Assembly: GCA_964291315.2 (NCBI GenBank)
Contig: OZ219753.1
Location: 2,432,001-2,496,000 of the forward strand
DNA: 64,000 nucleotides
DNA from: Candidatus Poribacteria bacterium
GTDB taxonomy: Bacteria; Poribacteria; WGA-4E; WGA-3G
Direction: 5' to 3'
A model generated the notes under the pieces. That model was not told where the DNA came from. It was given only the letters and a program-made list of their open reading frames with translations, and made no database searches. Of the stretch, positions 9,528 to 18,501 are shown in pieces. How positions within the stretch are numbered: the first letter of the stretch is position 1; each line of letters begins with the position of its first letter. A program made the translations under genes and the position numbers.

Positions 9528-11225
9528 ATGAAGCGGATTCAATTTTTTAGTTTGCTCTGTCTGTTTACGATCTTACCTGTCAGTATTGTGACAGCCGACA
9601 TAGGTATCACTTGGGTAAGGACAGGCGTAGTGCTTGAAGTTCAACACGAAAATGGTCTCGAGACCGAGATTAACGTCACAACTACGGTTAACGGAACAGC
9701 ACAAGCATTAACCACACCGCCCACAATCCAACGGTTTGATGTGAACCGTGCTTTGCTCCAGTTTGAATGGCAACCCAATCAAAATTACCAATTCCGCTTG
9801 AACGATACGGAAACGACAGCGACAGCTCCGCTAAAGCCTGAACCTTACCTCATCCGTACCGTCGAATTAGATGGTCTCTTGTCATTGATGGAAAACTTGC
9901 GTCGACCGGCAACGCCGACAGCCGTTGCTTTAAGCTCCGGAAACGCTCTTGGCACAGAAAAATTGGCGGTTGCAACCGACAGCGGGCATCTCGCTCTTCT
10001 CCACCCCATCACAGGGAAAACGCTCTGGAAAACCCGTATCTCGGAAGGTTACGTGCGGCAACTTGCATTTAGTGCTGACAGTACCTCGCTCTACATTGGG
10101 GAACAAGCAGCAGACGGGTTCATCTATTGCTACAGTCTAACAGACGATACACCCAAACCTCGCTGGAAATACCGGACCGCTGATGATATCGAGACTTCTA
10201 CACCGCGCGACCCGGAGAGCGCCTACGCATGGGTTAGCTATCCGGGTCAGGCTTGTATGCAAACGTTGACGAACGGGGATCTTCTGGCTGCAGGTGTGCA
10301 TTCGTGGACAGAAAACGATATACCACAGAAGAAGTCCCAGCTCTATAGGTTTGAGAGTGAAACCGGAAACGTTATTTGGAAATGGCCACATAACAACCCG
10401 GTATCAAGGATAATCCGCTGGTTTGATATAAGTGCTGACGGGGAAACCCTCGCGCTCGTAACAGATGCCGGACACAATCTACAAGGAGCAACAACTGAAA
10501 ACGAGCTTGGCAATGGGAGACTGGTCCTTCTCAACACAGAAGATGGCACAGAAAAATGGCGCACCGATATTGACCCCTTGAGTCCCTATTTTTCGCAGGT
10601 TACGTTTTGGCGCGGGGTCAGTGTATCGCCTGATGGCACGTTCGTCAACGTAACAACGGACGACGGGCGCTCCTTCATTTTCGATGTCAATACATCTGAA
10701 CCGGTATGGCAAGAGAATCTGGCGACACCGTTAGAGGTGAGCGGTGTCCCCATCGTTGCTACTTCTGGCACGATTGGCGCGACGGATGCAGCCGCACTTT
10801 TTGTGACGGGTGACACGTATATTCCGTACCACCTCCGAAAAGGCACACAACGCCCTTCGGCTGCACATCCAAACGGGATGACACTGTTTGCCTATTCTTG
10901 GACAGGCAAAAAAATCTGGCAGTGGCAACTTGAGAATATGCCGCAAGGTTTACGTATAGACACAAAGGATCGCTATGCCTTGTTGTCTGTTTCTAAGCGC
11001 GCACAAAATCCGAATGAGAACCTCCACGGCGTGTCAATGTTTGACCTAACAGCAGCAGGAGGCGGTTTATCGAAATATCTGTACACCTATCGCACAGAGG
11101 GGCAGCTGCCTTATGATACGCTCGCGATCAGCGAGGACGGCGCGCTCGTCGTCGTTGTTGAAATCCCTATTGTAATGCAGGACGAAACGACGCGCGGAAA
11201 AAATCGGGTGCATCTACTCTATTGA
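9528..11225 (+). CDS. Secreted PQQ-like/WD40 beta-propeller protein
   Basis: Signal peptide MKRIQFFSLLCLFTILPVSIVTA after AAGGA; repeated TGKTLW/TGNVIW/GTEKW/TGKKIW blades. Confidence 0.8.
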   Translation: MKRIQFFSLLCLFTILPVSIVTADIGITWVRTGVVLEVQHENGLETEINVTTTVNGTAQALTTPPTIQRFDVNRALLQFEWQPNQNYQFRLNDTETTATAPLKPEPYLIRTVELDGLLSLMENLRRPATPTAVALSSGNALGTEKLAVATDSGHLALLHPITGKTLWKTRISEGYVRQLAFSADSTSLYIGEQAADGFIYCYSLTDDTPKPRWKYRTADDIETSTPRDPESAYAWVSYPGQACMQTLTNGDLLAAGVHSWTENDIPQKKSQLYRFESETGNVIWKWPHNNPVSRIIRWFDISADGETLALVTDAGHNLQGATTENELGNGRLVLLNTEDGTEKWRTDIDPLSPYFSQVTFWRGVSVSPDGTFVNVTTDDGRSFIFDVNTSEPVWQENLATPLEVSGVPIVATSGTIGATDAAALFVTGDTYIPYHLRKGTQRPSAAHPNGMTLFAYSWTGKKIWQWQLENMPQGLRIDTKDRYALLSVSKRAQNPNENLHGVSMFDLTAAGGGLSKYLYTYRTEGQLPYDTLAISEDGALVVVVEIPIVMQDETTRGKNRVHLLY

Positions 11226-11364
11226 GATTGATAGGCGATATTCTAGGGGCCCGATTAAAAGCAGACGATGTCGCCCTTTTGACCGATTAATTTGCGATGT
11301 CGACAAATATGTTATAAAATATATTCGTGAGAAATAAGCGAACTATTCAAAATTGGAGGTTTAA

Positions 11365-13158
11365 ATGACCAAAAACAAGAAATTACAGCGTTGGGTTGAA
11401 GAAGCCGCAGAGCTCTGCCAGCCTGAAGCTATCCACTGGTGTGAAGGGTCTCAGGAAGAAAACGACCGGCTCTGCGAAGCATTGGTACAAAAAGGCACGT
11501 TTGTCCGATTGGACCCCAAAAAACGTCCGGGAAGTTATCTTGCCCGCTCCAGCCCCGCCGATGTCGCGCGCGTTGAAGACAGAACCTTTATTTGTGCAAA
11601 GAACCCGGTTGAAGCAGGCCCCACCAACAACTGGCACGATCCGGAAGAGATGAAAACTACTCTCAAAGGGCTCTTCAAAGGGTGTATGAGAGGCAGAACG
11701 ATGTACGTTGTGCCGTTCAGCATGGGGCCCCTCGGCTCCTCTATTTCGCACATCGGCGTTGAAATCAGTGATTCACCGTACGTCGTCGTCAACATGCGAA
11801 TCATGACCCGCATGGGCAGCGCTGTGCTTGACGTGTTGGGTGAAGATGGCGATTTCGTACCGTGTCTCCATTCTGTCGGAATGCCCCTCGAACCCGGGCA
11901 GACAGATGCTGTCTGGCCCTGCGATCCTGATAACAAATATATTGTGCACTTTCCAGAAGAACGTTCCATCTGGTCCTACGGTAGTGGGTACGGTGGTAAC
12001 GCACTGTTAGGGAAAAAATGCTATGCCCTCCGCATTGCTTCTGTGATGGCGAAAAATGACGGATGGATGGCAGAACACATGCTTATCTTGGGACTCACCA
12101 GTCCTGAAGGTGAGAAAACTTACATCGCGGCGGCGTTTCCGAGTGCATGTGGTAAAACGAACCTCGCCATGCTCACGCCAACCCTGCCCGGTTGGAAAGC
12201 CGAAACAATCGGCGACGACATCGCTTGGATGAAATTTGGTGAAGACGGCCGGCTCTACGCGATTAATCCAGAAGCTGGCTTTTTTGGCGTTGCACCCGGG
12301 ACATCAATGCACACCAACCCAAATGCAATGCACACCCTCGAATCAAATTCCATCTTCACGAATACCGCACTCACAGAAGACACAGATGTCTGGTGGGAAG
12401 AGATGAGCGAAGAACCGCCTGAAACGCTAACAAGTTGGCTTGGCGAAGAATGGCATCCTGGGGATGAAAAGACAGCGGCGCATCCGAACGCCCGCTATAC
12501 AACGCCCGCCTCACAATGTCCAATCATCGATCCGAACTGGGAAAATCCTAACGGGGTCCCGATTTCTGCTATTCTTTTTGGGGGCCGACGTGCCACGACC
12601 GTTCCGCTTGTGTTTGAGAGCTTCAATTGGCAGCACGGTACGTTCATCGGCTCCATCGCTTCTTCTGAACGCACTGCTGCTGCTGCTGGTACAGTCGGCG
12701 AACTCCGACGCGACCCGATGGCGATGCTCCCTTTCTGTGGCTATAACATGGGCGACTACTTCGCACACTGGCTGCAGATGGGCAAGAGCACCGATGCTAG
12801 CAAGCTGCCAAAGATTTTCTACGTCAATTGGTTCCGTAAAGATGCTGACGGCGGTTGGCTCTGGCCCGGCTTCGGTGAAAACAGCCGTGTGCTTAAGTGG
12901 GTCGTGGAACGCGTCTCCGGAAAAGGAGAAGCGGTCGAAACACCCATCGGCTACCTGCCTGCCCCCGATGCAATTGACACTACGGGTCTGGACATCACAG
13001 GCACACAGATGGATGAGCTCCTGAACGTCGATGTTGAAGAATGGCTCAACGAAATTGAGTCGATTCGAGAACACTACCAACGTTTTGGCGAGAGGTTACC
13101 CAAGGTGTTGGCTGATGAATTGGCGGCGTTAGAGGCTCGCTTGCGCGAAAACCTATAG
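11365..13158 (+). CDS. pckG: Phosphoenolpyruvate carboxykinase (GTP)
   Basis: [35 protein letters not shown]; GGAGG SD. Confidence 0.97.
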   Translation: MTKNKKLQRWVEEAAELCQPEAIHWCEGSQEENDRLCEALVQKGTFVRLDPKKRPGSYLARSSPADVARVEDRTFICAKNPVEAGPTNNWHDPEEMKTTLKGLFKGCMRGRTMYVVPFSMGPLGSSISHIGVEISDSPYVVVNMRIMTRMGSAVLDVLGEDGDFVPCLHSVGMPLEPGQTDAVWPCDPDNKYIVHFPEERSIWSYGSGYGGNALLGKKCYALRIASVMAKNDGWMAEHMLILGLTSPEGEKTYIAAAFPSACGKTNLAMLTPTLPGWKAETIGDDIAWMKFGEDGRLYAINPEAGFFGVAPGTSMHTNPNAMHTLESNSIFTNTALTEDTDVWWEEMSEEPPETLTSWLGEEWHPGDEKTAAHPNARYTTPASQCPIIDPNWENPNGVPISAILFGGRRATTVPLVFESFNWQHGTFIGSIASSERTAAAAGTVGELRRDPMAMLPFCGYNMGDYFAHWLQMGKSTDASKLPKIFYVNWFRKDADGGWLWPGFGENSRVLKWVVERVSGKGEAVETPIGYLPAPDAIDTTGLDITGTQMDELLNVDVEEWLNEIESIREHYQRFGERLPKVLADELAALEARLRENL

Positions 13159-13185
13159 GACCCAGCACTTCGAATTAATTGAATC

Positions 13186-13219
13186 ATAGGGCAGGGCACT
13201 TGTGCCCTGCCCTATTTAC
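13186..13219. terminator. Perfect hairpin between convergent pckG and patatin genes
   Basis: ATAGGGCAGGGCAC-tt-GTGCCCTGCCCTAT, then TTACTT. Confidence 0.7.
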
Positions 13220-13305
13220 TTGCCCGCATCCACTCCACGTTTCCTCACACCGCGGAGATTCCTATCAGTCTATAGCATGCATATAACGAAATTCGGGGGT
13301 AAATT

Positions 13306-14223
13306 TCACGGCTGCAAGCCGCGCAGGAACCCCTCAATTTCTGCAGTGTGCTCTCCAAAGTCTCTATCGGCAAGAGCCTTGAGATTATCCAGCTGTGTCA
13401 GGCCATCCAGATCCCAGAAATCGATCCTCGGATTAATCCGCAGGTAGTTCTCTTTTAGGAGAAGTTGTGCAATGTGCGCGGCCCCTTGAGACTGAAGTGT
13501 CATCACGTAAGAGGTCAACTTTGCTCCACCCCATTTGGTGAGGAATCCCCAACCGCGACCGTTGCGGTACATGTTCACGGAATGGCCTGTGCCGATGGAC
13601 AGCAGGCGAACCAATTGGGGGCCTTTTCCAAATGCCGAGAGTGCCTCTGTGAAAGCAATTACTGCGGGATTATTTGCCCAAAGGCCGCCATCTGCTAACA
13701 AGGAAGTGTTGACAGGTTTAGGAGCAAAAAATGTAGGAGCGGCGCAGGAGGCGAGGATCGCATCTCTTAAACTTACCGCTTTATCCGAAGAATGAGGTTC
13801 ACCCGGTTTGTTTGCGTAATTTGATCTGAAAATGTAGGCTTCGCTTTGGGCGATCTCGGAACTCGTTATCATCAAAGGGGTTGCTATTTCGCCCAGGGGC
13901 GTCGCGGGTAAGTGCGCAGCGAGGATTTGAGAAAGAATTCGACTCGGATATTTACTAAGAAACAACGGAATACGATACCACCTTCTTCTGAAGATACGCG
14001 GTGCTTCGGTCTCAAAAAGTCTGACAATGTCTTGCATAGGGATATTGGAGACAGCGGCCCCGGCAACAATTGCCCCCGTGCTTGTCCCAGCGATCAGATC
14101 GAAACAGGTTTGAATAGGCGTTTGAAAGGTCTGTTCAATTTTGGCAAGGAGCTGTGCAGTGTATATGCCGCGGGTACCGCCGCCGTCCAACGCGAGGATA
14201 TGGAAGGGGTCCGTGTTTGTCAT
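13306..14223 (-). CDS. Patatin-like phospholipase (CapV-like)
   Basis: DGGGTRG, GTSTG nucleophile elbow, SCAAPTFF, DGGLWANNP. Confidence 0.9.
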   Translation of the reverse strand: MTNTDPFHILALDGGGTRGIYTAQLLAKIEQTFQTPIQTCFDLIAGTSTGAIVAGAAVSNIPMQDIVRLFETEAPRIFRRRWYRIPLFLSKYPSRILSQILAAHLPATPLGEIATPLMITSSEIAQSEAYIFRSNYANKPGEPHSSDKAVSLRDAILASCAAPTFFAPKPVNTSLLADGGLWANNPAVIAFTEALSAFGKGPQLVRLLSIGTGHSVNMYRNGRGWGFLTKWGGAKLTSYVMTLQSQGAAHIAQLLLKENYLRINPRIDFWDLDGLTQLDNLKALADRDFGEHTAEIEGFLRGLQP

Positions 14224-14240
14224 GGAGCGTTTTTCTGTGG

Positions 14241-15218
14241 TTATTTTGCCTCCTCGTTTTCGAGTGGTTCCCCATCGGCGGAATTGAGTTCTTTGATGCG
14301 AGGCTGAAAAACATTATAGAATTTTTCAATAGTAGTAGCGAGCCATTTGTGTTGCTCGGGCCAATCACTCTCATTCGCCGGATCTGCGTTGCTCTTTCGT
14401 AAAGAGATTTGTCTTGTCCCATCAGACTTTTCTGACCAGCCAAGTTGCCCCTCAAATTCGTTTTCGATCTCTTCACGTTTTTCTTTCAGCGAGTTGAAAT
14501 ATCCCTTACTATTTTCTCCTTCTATGTGAATTGAGACCGCAATACCTTTTTTCTGTTTTTGTCTTCTCTGCAATGCTTCTATCCAGAAGGGACGTTCTAT
14601 CGGGAAGTAAATTTCTCCCCTTTTCTTTGGTTTCGGGAATTGAAGCTGACTCTTTGCCTGCTTCATATGTTCTAGCAATTTAGTCCAGAATTCGAACTGC
14701 TGCTCCTCTCTTGGGGTGAGGTTAGTGTTTCGGCTCACCTTGCGGCTCCAGGTATTAGGGCTCGAAACAATCTCGAATTGTGGAGCGGGATCGGAATTCC
14801 CAATTTTCCACACCTTAATTTCTATGCCGAAATACTTAAAACGTTCATCTGTAATTTCATTTTGATGGTCAAGCGCGGCACGGTGTTCTTCTCTAATTTT
14901 TTTCGCAATCCAGATAATTGTGTGAGCCTTCAATCCAGCTGCGTACGTCATAATTTGACCGAGGTGGGTGTGATCGCTTACTTCCAACTGGTTTTCGATT
15001 AGAACCAGTGAACCATTCCTTGTATTTCTGCACAGGATGTCTGCCCGGAAGTCCCCAACGTCTGTCTCTTGTGCTTTCAGTTCAAATTCCATACCCAATG
15101 TTTCACCGAGGAGGTTAAGGTTTTCCTCCTTCGCTAACCAAGGAGTGAAGTGCTGGGCTTCGGTTTCCCAGATTTCGCGAAGGTCAACCGGTTCAAGATT
15201 GGCCAGTTTTTTACACAT
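14241..15218 (-). CDS. DUF4268 domain protein with N-terminal nuclease-like domain
   Basis: LREIWETEAQHFTPWL, ADILC..VLIENQL..DHTHLGQIMTYAAG; C-terminal FWT...IENEF..QLGW. Confidence 0.8.
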   Translation of the reverse strand: MCKKLANLEPVDLREIWETEAQHFTPWLAKEENLNLLGETLGMEFELKAQETDVGDFRADILCRNTRNGSLVLIENQLEVSDHTHLGQIMTYAAGLKAHTIIWIAKKIREEHRAALDHQNEITDERFKYFGIEIKVWKIGNSDPAPQFEIVSSPNTWSRKVSRNTNLTPREEQQFEFWTKLLEHMKQAKSQLQFPKPKKRGEIYFPIERPFWIEALQRRQKQKKGIAVSIHIEGENSKGYFNSLKEKREEIENEFEGQLGWSEKSDGTRQISLRKSNADPANESDWPEQHKWLATTIEKFYNVFQPRIKELNSADGEPLENEEAK

Positions 15219-15316
15219 AAAATATTGTCTCCCTTGTATATCCTAATTTCTTACATCTCATATTGCAATCATAATACTATATCGCTTTGCGGAAATCAAT
15301 TGAAAATAAAATTATC

Positions 15317-15346
15317 TTGACACAGATGCCCGGCTTTTGGTAGAAT
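15317..15346 (+). promoter_or_regulatory. Sigma70-type promoter of sodA
   Basis: TTGACA-N18-TAGAAT with TG extension. Confidence 0.6.
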
Positions 15347-15377
15347 GCTGCTCAAAATAGTGCGATAAGGAGAGCTC

Positions 15378-16094
15378 ATGAATCGTAGAAATTTTTTAAT
15401 TCAAGGAAGTACAACGTTGGTAGGAATTTTTCTTGCCAACAGCCCGCTGCGTGTATATGCTGACCAGCATGATCATCAGATGGATCAGAATCTACCGCCG
15501 CTTCCGTACGCTTACGATGCCCTTGAACCACATATTGATAAACGCACAATGGAGATCCATCACGGGAAGCATCACCAAGGCTATATTAATAAACTCAATG
15601 CCGCAATTGCGCGCAGCCATGACTTGCAGCACATGACGCTTGAGCAGATGCTCCGCAATACCGATAAAGTAGCAAAGAACCTCCGTCAGACTGTGATTAA
15701 CAGCGGTGGCGGGCACGCGAACCACACGCTTTTCTGGAGCATTATGAAACCCGGCGGCAGCGAACCGATGGGGAAAGTTGCGGAAGCTTTGCAGTCAACG
15801 TTCGGCTCATTTGATGCTGGCAGCGAAATGTTTGTCAAGGCGGCGAAAACACATTTCGGATCAGGTTGGGCGTGGCTTGTTGTCGACCAAAACAAGAAGT
15901 TGCAGATCTATTCAACATCTAATCAGGATAGCCCCTTGATGAAGGCACATACGCCTATACTGGGTCTCGATGTTTGGGAACACGCTTACTACCTCAAATA
16001 CCAGAACCGACGCGCCGACTACATTGATGCATGGAGCAAGGTCATCCATTGGGAACAAGTTAACACCAACTATCTTGCGGCGATGAACGCGTAA
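15378..16094 (+). CDS. sodA: Mn/Fe superoxide dismutase with Tat signal peptide
   Basis: MNRRNFL; HHGKHH, GGGHANH, FGSGWAW, DVWEHAYY. Confidence 0.93.
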   Translation: MNRRNFLIQGSTTLVGIFLANSPLRVYADQHDHQMDQNLPPLPYAYDALEPHIDKRTMEIHHGKHHQGYINKLNAAIARSHDLQHMTLEQMLRNTDKVAKNLRQTVINSGGGHANHTLFWSIMKPGGSEPMGKVAEALQSTFGSFDAGSEMFVKAAKTHFGSGWAWLVVDQNKKLQIYSTSNQDSPLMKAHTPILGLDVWEHAYYLKYQNRRADYIDAWSKVIHWEQVNTNYLAAMNA

Positions 16095-16145
16095 CCTGCC
16101 CACAACCAAGTGGAGGGCAGAGACAGACTTGATGCGTGAAAAAAT

Positions 16146-16925
16146 ATGAATATAACTGATGAACAGAAACAGCAATTCCGAGAGGAAGGCTATCTCATTT
16201 TAGAAAGTGTTATTCCGGAGTCACTACTAGAGCTGCTCCGGGGTGAGTGTGGTAACTTTATCAGCCAGATGGACGCTGAGATGGATCGTCAGGAGACGGA
16301 TGTCCTCGGCATTAACCACCGCAACAAGCGGTATTTTGTCTCAAATTGTTTCAGGAAACAACCGAAACTTCGTGAGTTTCTGTTCAGCGATTTGATGGCG
16401 GAAGTTTGCCGTGCAACTTTAGGCGATACCGCTTACCTTTTCTGGGAGCAATACGTTGTCAAAGGCGCAGAAGCCGGCATGAAGTTCAGCTGGCATCAGG
16501 ACTCTGGGTATGTCGGCTATCCTGACCACAAACCGTATCTCACCTGTTGGTGCGCACTTGACGATATGTCGGAAGAGAACGGAACCGTCTATGTGATGCC
16601 GTTTTCACAGATCGGCATCCGCTCTTGGGTGAAGCATATCCGTGAAGAGGGTAGCAACGATATGGTTGGCTACTTTGGGGAAAAGAGGGGAGTGCCTGCT
16701 ATCGTGCCTGCTGGAAGCATCGTTGCATTTACAAGCATCAACTTCCACTGCAGCGGGGCGAACCACACGAATAAGCTGCGACGCGCCTACCTTGCTCAAT
16801 ATTCTGCGCAGCCCCTTCTGTCGCATGACGGGAGTCGTTTGTGGGGAAATGCAGAACCGTTCTTGAAAGCAGGGGAGTCTGTGATCGGAGAATCACCGCC
16901 AGATATTGCCACCCGGTCTGATTAA
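16146..16925 (+). CDS. Phytanoyl-CoA dioxygenase (PhyH) family protein
   Basis: FREEGYLI, WHQDSGY, ALDD..EENG, distal His in FHCSGAN. Confidence 0.9.
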   Translation: MNITDEQKQQFREEGYLILESVIPESLLELLRGECGNFISQMDAEMDRQETDVLGINHRNKRYFVSNCFRKQPKLREFLFSDLMAEVCRATLGDTAYLFWEQYVVKGAEAGMKFSWHQDSGYVGYPDHKPYLTCWCALDDMSEENGTVYVMPFSQIGIRSWVKHIREEGSNDMVGYFGEKRGVPAIVPAGSIVAFTSINFHCSGANHTNKLRRAYLAQYSAQPLLSHDGSRLWGNAEPFLKAGESVIGESPPDIATRSD

Positions 16926-16965
16926 CGACACAAAATCATGGGGTGCTGATTTTTAGATCGTTTCA

Positions 16966-18234
16966 TTACTCCGCTCCGACTTTACGCGGCGTGAAGCCTG
17001 TCAAATAGTTCCCGATTTTATCCTGAATACTGCGCGCAAGTGCCGGGGGACCGATATAGTGGCTAATGAGAATACTGAACGCAAAGACTTCATCGGCTGT
17101 CGTGACGGTATAGCCAGCGAGTGCCGAAACGCCGCTCAATGTGCCTGTTTTTGCACGCAACACCCTTTCAGCAGACACGCCTTGCATCCGATGTCTTAAA
17201 GTTCCATCAACACCAGCGATCGGTAGGGAAGCCAGATACTCCGGCATCAACTCGAAATTCTGATACATATAGACGAGCAGAGTCGTGAGCAATTCGGCGC
17301 TGAGAAGGTTGTAGCGAGAGAGCCCAGAACCGTCAACCAATCGATGTACCGGTCGGTCGTCCATGACTTCTTCTAAGAACCCAGCGACAACTTCTTTCCC
17401 CTTTTTCCATGTTCCGGGTTCACCTCTCATTTCAGCCCCGATCGTTTTAAACACTAGCTCGGCGATCCAATTGTCACTGGGTTTGTTCATTCGTTTCAGA
17501 ATATCAGCGAGCGGCGGCGATAGATGCTTAGCGACAATACACGCATCTGAGGGTACCGTGCCAGACACCACTTCCCCTGCCACGCTAATGCCTTTCTCCA
17601 CGAGTGCGGTTTTCAGAAGATGACCACATGCAAAGGCACTATTCCGTATGTTCGTGTCGGGTTTAATATCACGAACGCTCAAAGCGCCGATTATAAGCGG
17701 TCTGTCGTCCCACATCCACCCCGGCCCTTCCGGCACACGGTCTAAATATGTTTCATCGGTGACGATGTTGCCTTGTATGCATTGTACCCCTCTCTGCAGA
17801 AGTGCATCGACTAATTTTAGCAGATCATTACGCTGAAGCACCGGATCCGCTCTACCTTTGAGGTAGATATTGCCGGTGATCCTCGCGTCCATAGTCGCAT
17901 CAACATAGAGCGTTGTTTCAAATCGGTAGTTTGCCCCTAATTTTGCCAAGGCAGCCGCCGCTGTAAGGAGTTTCGTCGTGGAGGCAGGATGATGTAGTTT
18001 GTGTGTGTTCTTTCCGTAAATTACTTTCCCTGTCTCAACAGCAACGACTTTGATACCGACGCTCGCTGTTGTAAACAAAGGATCCTGCAGAACAGCATCA
18101 ATATCGGTTTGTAGCTTTTCGAGCGGATCTGTAGAGTTCGCTAGGCTCTCAATTCGAATATGCTTTGTAGCAGGTATGCCACACCCTGATAGCAACAAGG
18201 CAAGACAAAACAGCACCATGGTATCAGTTTTCAT
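16966..18234 (-). CDS. dacB: D-alanyl-D-alanine carboxypeptidase/endopeptidase (PBP4, S13), lipoprotein
   Basis: PASTTK (SxxK), SDN, KTGT, DGSGLSR; lipobox LLSGC supports the start at 18234. Confidence 0.92.
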   Translation of the reverse strand: MKTDTMVLFCLALLLSGCGIPATKHIRIESLANSTDPLEKLQTDIDAVLQDPLFTTASVGIKVVAVETGKVIYGKNTHKLHHPASTTKLLTAAAALAKLGANYRFETTLYVDATMDARITGNIYLKGRADPVLQRNDLLKLVDALLQRGVQCIQGNIVTDETYLDRVPEGPGWMWDDRPLIIGALSVRDIKPDTNIRNSAFACGHLLKTALVEKGISVAGEVVSGTVPSDACIVAKHLSPPLADILKRMNKPSDNWIAELVFKTIGAEMRGEPGTWKKGKEVVAGFLEEVMDDRPVHRLVDGSGLSRYNLLSAELLTTLLVYMYQNFELMPEYLASLPIAGVDGTLRHRMQGVSAERVLRAKTGTLSGVSALAGYTVTTADEVFAFSILISHYIGPPALARSIQDKIGNYLTGFTPRKVGAE

Positions 18235-18501
18235 AGTCTCTAATGATACCACAACCCAACGAATTATCAAAATGCAAAGCGATAGGGATGGGGTTATTTG
18301 GTTTTCCGTTTTTCTTGCCTCTTTTGGCTGGAAGTTGTTTCTACCTTGACTTCTTCTCTGAAATGTGATAAAATAGAGTGGTAATTTAGGAGGAGATGTG
18401 CGACGTATACCTATAAAAAGGAGGCACCGATTTTTGGCGTTGTAGGGCGAAATTGGGAGACCCATATTCAAAAGCACAAGCCAAACTTATAAAAAAACAC
18501 C

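Noticed and set aside
13306-14223. Complete CBASS system
   Set aside because: No CD-NTase or Cap2/Cap3 gene nearby; only a patatin is present.
18235-18477. 81-aa N-terminal extension of dacB in the ORF track
   Set aside because: Overlaps the divergent cimA promoter region; the lipoprotein signal begins at 18234.
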